Shown in pieces: positions 26,264-38,779 of a stretch of 64,000 nt of DNA. A program made the translations under genes and the position numbers. The notes beneath the pieces are model-generated. The model was not told the DNA's origin and did not search any database. It saw only the letters and a list, made by a program, of their open reading frames with translations. The stretch comes from the human T2T-CHM13v2.0 reference genome, Homo sapiens, in assembly GCF_009914755.1 (NCBI RefSeq), contig NC_060942.1; one strand, 5' to 3'. Every line of letters begins with the position of its first letter. Within the stretch, counting starts at the first letter, position 1.

Positions 26264-29200
26264 CATTCTCAGAAACTAGTTTCTGATGTGTGTCCTCAAC
26301 TAACACAGTTGTACATTTCTTTAGACGGAACAGTTTTGAAACACTCTTTTTGTGGAATCTGCAAGTGGCTATTTGGCTAGATTTGAGGATTTCGTTGGAA
26401 ACGGGATTACATATAAAAAGCAGTCAGCAGCATTCTCAGAAAGTTCTTTGTGATGATTGCATTCAAGTCACAGAATTGAACATTCCCTTTCACAGAGCAG
26501 GTTTGAAACACTCTTTTTGTAGTGTGTGTAAGTGGACATTTGGAGCACTTACCGGCCTAAGGTGAAAAAGGAAATATCTTCCCATAAAAACTAGACAGAA
26601 GCATTCTCAGAAACTTACTCGTGATGTGTGTCCTCAACTAAAGGAGTAGAACCTTTCTATTCATAGAGAAGTTTTGAAACGCTCTTTTTGTGGAATCTGC
26701 AAGTGGTTATTTGGCTAGTTTTGAGGATTTCGTTGGAAGCGGGAATTCATACAAATTGCAGACTGCAGCGTTCTGAGAAACATCTTTGTGATGTTTGTAT
26801 TCAGGACACAGAGTTGAACATTCCCTATCATAGAGCAGGTTTGAATCACTCCTTTTGTAGTATCTGGAAGTGGACATTTGGAACGCTTTCAGGCCTATGT
26901 TGGAAAAGGAAATATCTTCCCATAACAACTAGACAGAAGCATTCTCAGAAACTTATTTGAGATGTGTGTACTCAACTAAGAGAATTGAACCACCGTTTTG
27001 AAGGAGCAGTTTTGAAACTCTCTTTTTCTGGAATCTGCAAGTGGATATTTGGCTAGCTTTGGGGATTTCGCTGGAAGCGGGAATACATATAAAAAGCACA
27101 CAGCAGCGTTCTGAGAAACTGCTTTCTGATGTTTGCATTCAAGTCAAAAGTTGAACACTCCCTTTCATAGAGCAGTCTTGAAACACCCCTTTTGTAGTAT
27201 CTGGAACTGGACTTTTGGAGCGATTTCAGGGCTAAGGTGAAAAAGGAAATATCTTCCCATAAAAACTGGACAGAAGCATTCTCAGAAACTTGTTTATGCT
27301 GTATCTACTCAACTAACAAAGGTGAACCTTTCTTTTGATAGAGCAGTTTTGAAATGGTCTTTTTGTGGAATCTGCAAGTGGATATTTGGCTAGTTTTGAG
27401 GATTTCGTTGGAAGCGGGAATTCATACAAATTGCAGACTGCAGCGTTCTGAGAAACATCTTTGTGATGTTTGTATTCAGGACACAGAGTTGAACATTCCC
27501 TATCATAGAGCAGGTTGGAATCACTCCTTTTGTAGTATCTGGAAGTGGACATTTGGAGCGCTTTCAGGCCTATTTTGGAAAGGGAAATATCTTCCCGTAA
27601 CAACTATGCAGAAGCATTCTCAGAAACTTGTTTGTGATGTGTGCCCTCTACTGACAGAGTTGAACCTTTCTTTTCATAGAGCAGTTTTGAAACACTCTTT
27701 TTGTAGAATCTGCAAGAGGATATTTGCATAGCTTTGAGGGTTTCGTGGGAAACGGGATTGTCTTCAGGTAAAATCTAGACAGAAGCATTCTCAGAAACTT
27801 CTTTGGGATGTTTGCATTCAAGTCACAGAGTAGAACATTCCCTTTGGTAGAGCAGGTTTGAAACACTCTTTTTGTAGTATCTGGAAGTGGACATTTGGAA
27901 CGCTTTCAGGCCTTTGTTGGAAAGGGAAATATCTTCCCTTAACAACTAGGCAGAAGCATTCTCAGAAACTTATTTGAGATGTGTGTACTGAACTAAGAAA
28001 ATTGAACCACCGTTTTGAAGGACCAGTTTTGAAACACTCTTTTTCTGGAATCTGCTAGAGGATATTTGCCTAGCTTTGAGGATTTCGTTGGAAACTGGAT
28101 TGTCTTCAGATAAAATCTAGACAGAAGCATTCTCAGAAACTTCTTTGGGATGTTGGCATTCAAGTCACAGAGTAGAACATTCCCTTTGGTAGAGCAGGTT
28201 TGAAACACTCTTTTTGTAGTATCTGGAAGTGGACATTTGGAGCGCTTTCAGGCCTATGTTGGAAAGGGAAATATCTTCCCGTAACAACTAGGCAGAAGCA
28301 TTCTCAGAAACTTATTTGAGATGTGTGTACTCAACTAAGAGAATTGAACCACCGTTTTGAAGGAGCAGTTTTGAAACACTCTTTTTCTGGAATCTGCAAG
28401 AGGATATTTGCCTAGCTTTGAGGATTCCGTTGGAAACGGGATTGTCTTCAGATCAAATCTAGACAGAAGCATTCTCAGAAACTTCTTTGGGATGTTTGCA
28501 TTCAAGTCACAGAGTAGAACATTCCCTTTGGTAGAGCAGGTTTGAAACACTCTTTTTTTCGTATATGGAAGTGGACATTTGGAGCGCTTTCAGGCCTACT
28601 TTGGAAAAGGAAATATCTTCCCATAACAACTAGACAGAAGCATTCTCAGAAACTAGTTTCTGATGTGTGTCCTCAACTAACACAGTTGAACATTTCTTTA
28701 GACAGAACAGTTTTGAAACACTCTTTTTGTGGAATCTGCAAGTGGCTATTTGGCTAGATTTGAGGATTTCGTTGGAAACGGGATTACATATAAAAAGCAG
28801 ACAGCAGCATTCTCAGAAAGTTCTTTGTGATGATTGCATTCAAGTCACAGAATTGAACATTCCCTTTCACAGAGCAGGTTTGAAACACTCTTTTTGTAGT
28901 GTGTGTAAGTGGACATTTGGAGCACTTTCCGGCCTAAGGTGAAAAAGGAAATATCTTCCCATAAAAACTAGACAGAAGCATTCTCAGAAACTTACTCGTG
29001 ATGTGTGTCCTCAACTAAAGGAGTAGAACCTTTCTTTTCATAGAGAAGTTTTGAAACGCTCTTTTTGTGGAATCTGCAAGTGGATATTTGGCTAGTTTTG
29101 AGGATTTCGTTGGAAGCGGGAATTCATACAAATTGCAGACTGCAGCGTTCTGAGAAACATCTTTGTGATGTTTGTCTTCAGGACACTGAGTTGAACATTC

Positions 29201-32200
29201 CCTATCATAGAGCAGGTTTGAATCACTCCTTTTGTAGTATCTGGAAGTGGACATTTGGAACACTTTCAGGCCTATGTTGGAAAAGGAAATATCTTCCCAT
29301 AACAACTAGACAGAAGCATTCTCAGAAACTTATTTGAGATGTGTGTACTCAACTAAGAGAATTGAACCACCGTTTTGAAGGAGCAGTTTTGAAACACTCT
29401 TTTTCTGGAATCTGCAAGTGGATATTTGGCTAGCTTTTGGGATTTCGCTGGAAGCGGGAATACATATAAAAAGCACACAGCAGCGTTCTGAGAAACTGCT
29501 TTCTGATGTTTGCATTCAAGTCAAAAGTTGAACACTCCCTTTCATAGAGCAGTCCTGAAACACTCCTTTTGTAGTATCTGGAACTGGACTTTTGGAGCGC
29601 TTTCAGGGCTAAGGTGAAAAAGGAAATATCTTCCCATAAAAACTGGACAGAAGCATTCTCAGAAACTTGTTTATGCTGTATCTACTCTACTAACAAAGTT
29701 GAACATTTCTTTTGATAGAGCAGTTTTGAAATGCTCTTTTTGTGGAATCTCCAAGTGGATATTTGGCTAGTTTTGAGGATTTCGTTGGAAGCGGGAATTC
29801 ATACAAATTGCAGACTGCAGCGTTCTGAGAAACATCTTTGTGATGTTTGTATTCAGGACACAGAGATGAACATTCCCTATCATAGAGCAGGTTGGAATCA
29901 CTCCTTTTGTAGTATCTGGAAGTGGACATTTGGAGCGCTTTCAGGCCTATGTTGAAAAAGGAAATATCTTCCCATAACAACTAGACACAAGCATTCTCAG
30001 AAACTTGTTTGTGATGTGTGCCCTCTACTGACAGAGTTGAACCTTTCTTTTCATAGAGCAGTTTTGAAACACTCTTTTTGTAGAATCTGCAAGAGGATAT
30101 TTGCATAGCTTTGAGGATTTCGTGGGAAACGGGATTGTCTTCAGGTAAAATCTAGACAGAAGCATTCTCAGAAACTTCTTTGGGATGTTTGCATTCAAGT
30201 CACAGAGTAGAACATTCCCTTTGGTAGAGCAGGTTTGAAACCCTCTTTTTGTAGTATCTGGAAGTGGACATTTGGAGCGCTTTCAGGCCCATGTTGGAAA
30301 GGGAAATATCTTCCCGTAACAACTAGGCAGAAGCATTCTCAGAAACTTATTTGAGATGTGTGTACTCAACTAAGAGAATTGAACCACCGTTTTGAAGGAG
30401 CAGTTTTGAAACACTCTTTTTCTGGAATCTGCAAGAGGATATTTGCCTAGCCTTGAGGATTTCGTTGGAAACGGGATTGTCTTCAGATAAAATCTAGACA
30501 GAAGCATTCTCAGAAACTTCTTTGGGATGTTTGCATTCAAGTCACAGAGTAGAACATTCCCTTTGGTAGAGCAGGTTTGAAACACTCTTTTTTTAGTATA
30601 TGGAAGTGGACATTTGGAGCGCTTTCAGGCCTACGTTGGAAAAGGAAATATCTTCCCATAACAACTAGACAGAAGCATTCTCAGAAACTAGTTTCTGATG
30701 TGTGTCCTCAACTAACACAGTTGAACTTTTCTTTAGACAGAACAGTTTTGAAACACTCTTTTTGTGGAATCTGCAAGTGGATATTTGGCTAGATTTGAGG
30801 ATTTCGTTGGAAACGGGATTACATATAAAAAGCAGACAGCAGCATTCTCAGAAAGTTCTGTGTGATGATTGCATTCAAGTCACAGAATTGAACATTCCCT
30901 TTCACAGAGCAGGTTTGAAACACTCTTTTTGTAGTGTGTGTAAGTGGACATTTTGAGCGCTTTCCGGCCTAAGGTGAAAAAGGAAATATCTTCCCATAAA
31001 AACTAGACAGAAGCATTCTCAAAAACTTACTCGTGATGTGTGTCCTCAACTAAAGGAGTAGAACCTTTCTATTCATAGAGAAGTTTTGAAACGCTCTTTT
31101 TGTGGAATCTCCAAGTGGATATTTGGCTAGTTTTGAGGATTTCGTTGGAAGCGGGAATTCATACAAATTGCAGACTGCAGCGTTCTGAGAAACATCCTTG
31201 TGATGTTTGTATTCAGGACACAGAGATGAACATTCCCTATCATAGAGCAGGTTGGAATCACTCCTTTTGTAGTATCTGGAAGTGGACATTTGGAGCGCTT
31301 TCAGGCCTATGTTGAAAAAGGAAATATCTTCCCATAACAACTAGACACAAGCATTCTCAGAAACTTGTTTGTGATGTGTGCCCTCTACTGACAGAGTTGA
31401 ACCTTTCTTTTCATAGAGCAGTTTTGAAACACTCTTTTTGTAGAATCTGCAAGAGGATATTTGCATAGCTTTGAGGATTTCGTGGGAAACGGGATTGTCT
31501 TCAGGTAAAATCTAGACAGAAGCATTCTCAGAAACTACTTTGGGATGTTTGCATTCAAGTCACAGAGTAGAACATTCCCTTTGGTAGAGCAGGTTTGAAA
31601 CACTCTTTTTGTAGTATCTGGAAGTGGACATTTGGAGCGCTTTCAGGCCTATGTTGGAAAGGGAAATATCTTCCCTTAACAACTAGGCAGAAGCATTCTC
31701 AGAAACTTATTTGAGATGTGTGTACTCAACTAAGAGAATTGAACCACCGTTTTGAAGGACCAGTTTTGAAACACTCTTTTTCTGGAATCTGCAAGAGGAT
31801 ATTTGCCTAGCTTTGAGGATTTCGTTGGAAACGGGATTGTTTTCAGATAAAATCTAGACAGAAGCATGCTCAGAAACTTCTTTGGGATGTTTGCATTCAA
31901 GTCACAGAGTAGAACATTCCCTTTGGTAGAGCAGGTTTGAAACACTCTTTTTGTAGTATCTGGAAGCAGACATTTGGAGCGCTTTCAGGCCTATGTTGGA
32001 AAGGGAAATATCTTCCCTTAACAACTAGGCAGAAGCATTCTCAGAAACTTATTTGAGATGTTTGTACTCAACTAACAGAATTGAACCACCCTTTTGAAGG
32101 AGCAGTTTTGAAACACTCTTTTTCTGGAATCTGCAAGAGTATATTTGCCTAGCTTTGAGGATTTCGTTGGAAACCGGATTGTCTTCAGATCAAATCTAGA

Positions 32201-35200
32201 TAGAAGCATTCTCAGAAACTTCTTTGGGATGTTTGCATTCAAGGCCCAGAGTAGAACATTCCCTTTGGTAGAGCAGGTTTGAAACACTCTTTTTTTCGTA
32301 TATGGAAGTGGACATTTGGAGCGCTTTCAGGCCTACGTTGGAAAAGGAAATATCTTCCCATAACAACTAGACAGAAGCATTCTCAGAAACTTATTTGAGA
32401 TGTGTGTACTCAACTAAGAGAATTGAACCACCGTTTTGAAGGAGCAGTTTTGAAACACTCTTTTTCTGGAATCTGCAAGTGGATATTTAGCTAGATTTGA
32501 GGATTTCGTTGGAAACGGGATTACATATACAAAGCAGACAGCAGCAGTCTCAGAAAGTTCTTTGTGATGATTGCATTCAAGTCACAGAATTGAACATTCC
32601 CTTTCACAGAGCAGGTTTGAAACACTCTTTTTGTAGTGTGTGTAAGTGGACATTTGGAGCACTTTCCGGCCTAAGGTGAAAAAGGAAATATCTTCCCATA
32701 AAAACTAGACAGAAGCATTCTCAGAAACTTACTCGTGATGTGTGTCCTCAACTAAAGGAGTAGAACCTTTCTATTCATAGAGAAGTTTTGAAACGCTCTT
32801 TTTGTGGAATCTGCAAGTGGTTATTTGGCTAGTTTTGAGGATTTCGTTGGAAGCGGGAATTCATACAAATTGCAGACTGCAGCGTTCTGAGAAACATCTT
32901 TGTGATGTTTGTATTCAGGACACAGAGTTGAACATTCCCTATCATAGAGCAGGTTTGAATCACTCCTTTTGTAGTATCTGGAAGTGGACATTTGGAACGC
33001 TTTCAGGCCTATGTTGGAAAAGGAAATATCTTCCCATAACAACTAGACAGAAGCATTCTCAGAAACTTATTTGAGATGTGTGTACTCAACTAAGAGAATT
33101 GAACCACCGTTTTGAAGGAGCAGTTTTGAAACTCTCTTTTTCTGGAATCTGCAAGTGGATATTTGGCTAGCTTTGGGGATTTCGCTGGAAGCGGGAATAC
33201 ATATAAAAAGCACACAGCAGCGTTCTGAGAAACTGCTTTCTGATGTTTGCATTCAAGTCAAAAGTTGAACACTCCCTTTCATAGAGCAGTCTTGAAACAC
33301 CCCTTTTGTAGTATCTGGAACTGGACTTTTGGAGCGATTTCAGGGCTAAGGTGAAAAAGGAAATATCTTCCCATAAAAACTGGACAGAAGCATTCTCAGA
33401 AACTTGTTTATGCTGTATCTACTCAACTAACAAAGGTGAACCTTTCTTTTGATAGAGCAGTTTTGAAATGGTCTTTTTGTGGAATCTGCAAGTGGATATT
33501 TGGCTAGTTTTGAGGATTTCGTTGGAAGCGGGAATTCATACAAATTGCAGACTGCAGCGTTCTGAGAAACATCTTTGTGATGTTTGTATTCAGGACACAG
33601 AGTTGAACATTCCCTATCATAGAGCAGGTTGGAATCACTCCTTTTGTAGTATCTGGAAGTGGACATTTGGAGCGCTTTCAGGCCTATTTTGGAAAGGGAA
33701 ATATCTTCCCGTAACAACTATGCAGAAGCATTCTCAGAAACTTGTTTGTGATGTGTGCCCTCTACTGACAGAGTTGAACCTTTCTTTTCATAGAGCAGTT
33801 TTGAAACACTCTTTTTGTAGAATCTGCAAGAGGATATTTGCATAGCTTTGAGGGTTTCGTGGGAAACGGGATTGTCTTCAGGTAAAATCTAGACAGAAGC
33901 ATTCTCAGAAACTTCTTTGGGATGTTTGCATTCAAGTCACAGAGTAGAACATTCCCTTTGGTAGAGCAGGTTTGAAACACTCTTTTTGTAGTATCTGGAA
34001 GTGGACATTTGGAACGCTTTCAGGCCTTTGTTGGAAAGGGAAATATCTTCCCTTAACAACTAGGCAGAAGCATTCTCAGAAACTTATTTGAGATGTGTGT
34101 ACTGAACTAAGAAAATTGAACCACCGTTTTGAAGGACCAGTTTTGAAACACTCTTTTTCTGGAATCTGCTAGAGGATATTTGCCTAGCTTTGAGGATTTC
34201 GTTGGAAACTGGATTGTCTTCAGATAAAATCTAGACAGAAGCATTCTCAGAAACTTCTTTGGGATGTTGGCATTCAAGTCACAGAGTAGAACATTCCCTT
34301 TGGTAGAGCAGGTTTGAAACACTCTTTTTGTAGTATCTGGAAGTGGACATTTGGAGCGCTTTCAGGCCTATGTTGGAAAGGGAAATATCTTCCCGTAACA
34401 ACTAGGCAGAAGCATTCTCAGAAACTTATTTGAGATGTGTGTACTCAACTAAGAGAATTGAACCACCGTTTTGAAGGAGCAGTTTTGAAACACTCTTTTT
34501 CTGGAATCTGCAAGAGGATATTTGCCTAGCTTTGAGGATTCCGTTGGAAACGGGATTGTCTTCAGATCAAATCTAGACAGAAGCATTCTCAGAAACTTCT
34601 TTGGGATGTTTGCATTCAAGTCACAGAGTAGAACATTCCCTTTGGTAGAGCAGGTTTGAAACACTCTTTTTTTCGTATATGGAAGTGGACATTTGGAGCG
34701 CTTTCAGGCCTACTTTGGAAAAGGAAATATCTTCCCATAACAACTAGACAGAAGCATTCTCAGAAACTAGTTTCTGATGTGTGTCCTCAACTAACACAGT
34801 TGAACATTTCTTTAGACAGAACAGTTTTGAAACACTCTTTTTGTGGAATCTGCAAGTGGCTATTTGGCTAGATTTGAGGATTTCGTTGGAAACGGGATTA
34901 CATATAAAAAGCAGACAGCAGCATTCTCAGAAAGTTCTTTGTGATGATTGCATTCAAGTCACAGAATTGAACATTCCCTTTCACAGAGCAGGTTTGAAAC
35001 ACTCTTTTTGTAGTGTGTGTAAGTGGACATTTGGAGCACTTTCCGGCCTAAGGTGAAAAAGGAAATATCTTCCCATAAAAACTAGACAGAAGCATTCTCA
35101 GAAACTTACTCGTGATGTGTGTCCTCAACTAAAGGAGTAGAACCTTTCTTTTCATAGAGAAGTTTTGAAACGCTCTTTTTGTGGAATCTGCAAGTGGATA

Positions 35201-38200
35201 TTTGGCTAGTTTTGAGGATTTCGTTGGAAGCGGGAATTCATACAAATTGCAGACTGCAGCGTTCTGAGAAACATCTTTGTGATGTTTGTCTTCAGGACAC
35301 TGAGTTGAACATTCCCTATCATAGAGCAGGTTTGAATCACTCCTTTTGTAGTATCTGGAAGTGGACATTTGGAACACTTTCAGGCCTATGTTGGAAAAGG
35401 AAATATCTTCCCATAACAACTAGACAGAAGCATTCTCAGAAACTTATTTGAGATGTGTGTACTCAACTAAGAGAATTGAACCACCGTTTTGAAGGAGCAG
35501 TTTTGAAACACTCTTTTTCTGGAATCTGCAAGTGGATATTTGGCTAGCTTTTGGGATTTCGCTGGAAGCGGGAATACATATAAAAAGCACACAGCAGCGT
35601 TCTGAGAAACTGCTTTCTGATGTTTGCATTCAAGTCAAAAGTTGAACACTCCCTTTCATAGAGCAGTCCTGAAACACTCCTTTTGTAGTATCTGGAACTG
35701 GACTTTTGGAGCGCTTTCAGGGCTAAGGTGAAAAAGGAAATATCTTCCCATAAAAACTGGACAGAAGCATTCTCAGAAACTTGTTTATGCTGTATCTACT
35801 CTACTAACAAAGTTGAACATTTCTTTTGATAGAGCAGTTTTGAAATGCTCTTTTTGTGGAATCTCCAAGTGGATATTTGGCTAGTTTTGAGGATTTCGTT
35901 GGAAGCGGGAATTCATACAAATTGCAGACTGCAGCGTTCTGAGAAACATCTTTGTGATGTTTGTATTCAGGACACAGAGATGAACATTCCCTATCATAGA
36001 GCAGGTTGGAATCACTCCTTTTGTAGTATCTGGAAGTGGACATTTGGAGCGCTTTCAGGCCTATGTTGAAAAAGGAAATATCTTCCCATAACAACTAGAC
36101 ACAAGCATTCTCAGAAACTTGTTTGTGATGTGTGCCCTCTACTGACAGAGTTGAACCTTTCTTTTCATAGAGCAGTTTTGAAACACTCTTTTTGTAGAAT
36201 CTGCAAGAGGATATTTGCATAGCTTTGAGGATTTCGTGGGAAACGGGATTGTCTTCAGGTAAAATCTAGACAGAAGCATTCTCAGAAACTTCTTTGGGAT
36301 GTTTGCATTCAAGTCACAGAGTAGAACATTCCCTTTGGTAGAGCAGGTTTGAAACCCTCTTTTTGTAGTATCTGGAAGTGGACATTTGGAGCGCTTTCAG
36401 GCCCATGTTGGAAAGGGAAATATCTTCCCGTAACAACTAGGCAGAAGCATTCTCAGAAACTTATTTGAGATGTGTGTACTCAACTAAGAGAATTGAACCA
36501 CCGTTTTGAAGGAGCAGTTTTGAAACACTCTTTTTCTGGAATCTGCAAGAGGATATTTGCCTAGCCTTGAGGATTTCGTTGGAAACGGGATTGTCTTCAG
36601 ATAAAATCTAGACAGAAGCATTCTCAGAAACTTCTTTGGGATGTTTGCATTCAAGTCACAGAGTAGAACATTCCATTTGGTAGAGCAGGTTTGAAACACT
36701 CTTTTTTTAGTATATGGAAGTGGACATTTGGAGCGCTTTCAGGCCTACGTTGGAAAAGGAAATATCTTCCCATAACAACTAGACAGAAGCATTCTCAGAA
36801 ACTAGTTTCTGATGTGTGTCCTCAACTAACACAGTTGAACTTTTCTTTAGACAGAACAGTTTTGAAACACTCTTTTTGTGGAATCTGCAAGTGGATATTT
36901 GGCTAGATTTGAGGATTTCGTTGGAAACGGGATTACATATAAAAAGCAGACAGCAGCATTCTCAGAAAGTTCTGTGTGATGATTGCATTCAAGTCACAGA
37001 ATTGAACATTCCCTTTCACAGAGCAGGTTTGAAACACTCTTTTTGTAGTGTGTGTAAGTGGACATTTGGAGCGCTTTCCGGCCTAAGGTGAAAAAGGAAA
37101 TATCTTCCCATAAAAACTAGACAGAAGCATTCTCAAAAACTTACTCGTGATGTGTGTCCTCAACTAAAGGAGTAGAACCTTTCTATTCATAGAGAAGTTT
37201 TGAAACGCTCTTTTTGTGGAATCTCCAAGTGGATATTTGGCTAGTTTTGAGGATTTCGTTGGAAGCGGGAATTCATACAAATTGCAGACTGCAGCGTTCT
37301 GAGAAACATCCTTGTGATGTTTGTATTCAGGACACAGAGATGAACATTCCCTATCATAGAGCAGGTTGGAATCACTCCTTTTGTAGTATCTGGAAGTGGA
37401 CATTTGGAGCGCTTTCAGGCCTATGTTGAAAAAGGAAATATCTTCCCATAACAACTAGACACAAGCATTCTCAGAAACTTGTTTGTGATGTGTGCCCTCT
37501 ACTGACAGAGTTGAACCTTTCTTTTCATAGAGCAGTTTTGAAACACTCTTTTTGTAGAATCTGCAAGAGGATATTTGCATAGCTTTGAGGATTTCGTGGG
37601 AAACGGGATTGTCTTCAGGTAAAATCTAGACAGAAGCATTCTCAGAAACTACTTTGGGATGTTTGCATTCAAGTCACAGAGTAGAACATTCCCTTTGGTA
37701 GAGCAGGTTTGAAACACTCTTTTTGTAGTATCTGGAAGTGGACATTTGGAGCGCTTTCAGGCCTATGTTGGAAAGGGAAATATCTTCCCTTAACAACTAG
37801 GCAGAAGCATTCTCAGAAACTTATTTGAGATGTGTGTACTCAACTAAGAGAATTGAACCACCGTTTTGAAGGACCAGTTTTGAAACACTCTTTTTCTGGA
37901 ATCTGCAAGAGGATATTTGCCTAGCTTTGAGGATTTCGTTGGAAACGGGATTGTTTTCAGATAAAATCTAGACAGAAGCATGCTCAGAAACTTCTTTGGG
38001 ATGTTTGCATTCAAGTCACAGAGTAGAACATTCCCTTTGGTAGAGCAGGTTTGAAACACTCTTTTTGTAGTATCTGGAAGCAGACATTTGGAGCGCTTTC
38101 AGGCCTATGTTGGAAAGGGAAATATCTTCCCTTAACAACTAGGCAGAAGCATTCTCAGAAACTTATTTGAGATGTTTGTACTCAACTAACAGAATTGAAC

Positions 38201-38491
38201 CACCCTTTTGAAGGAGCAGTTTTGAAACACTCTTTTTCTGGAATCTGCAAGAGTATATTTGCCTAGCTTTGAGGATTTCGTTGGAAACCGGATTGTCTTC
38301 AGATCAAATCTAGATAGAAGCATTCTCAGAAACTTCTTTGGGATGTTTGCATTCAAGGCCCAGAGTAGAACATTCCCTTTGGTAGAGCAGGTTTGAAACA
38401 CTCTTTTTTTCGTATATGGAAGTGGACATTTGGAGCGCTTTCAGGCCTACGTTGGAAAAGGAAATATCTTCCCATAACAACTAGACAGAAG
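26264..38491 (+). repeat. Mixed HOR-variant block: (14-mer, 12-mer, 10-mer) x2
   Basis: Anchor spacings are 2377, 2035, 1702, 2377, 2035, 1702. Dimer A reappears four times (ORF-track markers 26953, 29330, 33067, 35444). Confidence 0.92.
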
Positions 38492-38779
38492 CATTCTCAG
38501 AAACTTATTTGAGATGTGTGTACTCAACTAAGAGAATTGAACCACCGTTTTGAAGGAGCAGTTTTGAAACACTCTTTTTCTGGAATCTGCAAGTGGATAT
38601 TTAGCTAGATTTGAGGATTTCGTTGGAAACGGGATTACATATACAAAGCAGACAGCAGCAGTCTCAGAAAGTTCTTTGTGATGATTGCATTCAAGTCACA
38701 GAATTGAACATTCCCTTTCACAGAGCAGGTTTGAAACACTCTTTTTGTAGTGTGTGTAAGTGGACATTTGGAGCACTTT
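26552..38779 (+). repeat. Tandem duplication of a 6114-bp (36-monomer) multi-HOR unit
   Basis: Private variants recur at exactly +6114, e.g. GTGGTTAT ~26703/32817, GAGGGTTTCG ~27737/33851, GATTCCGTT ~28423/34537 and AAGGCCCAG ~32241/38355. Flanking mismatches are at 26551/32665 and 32759/38873. Confidence 0.93.
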
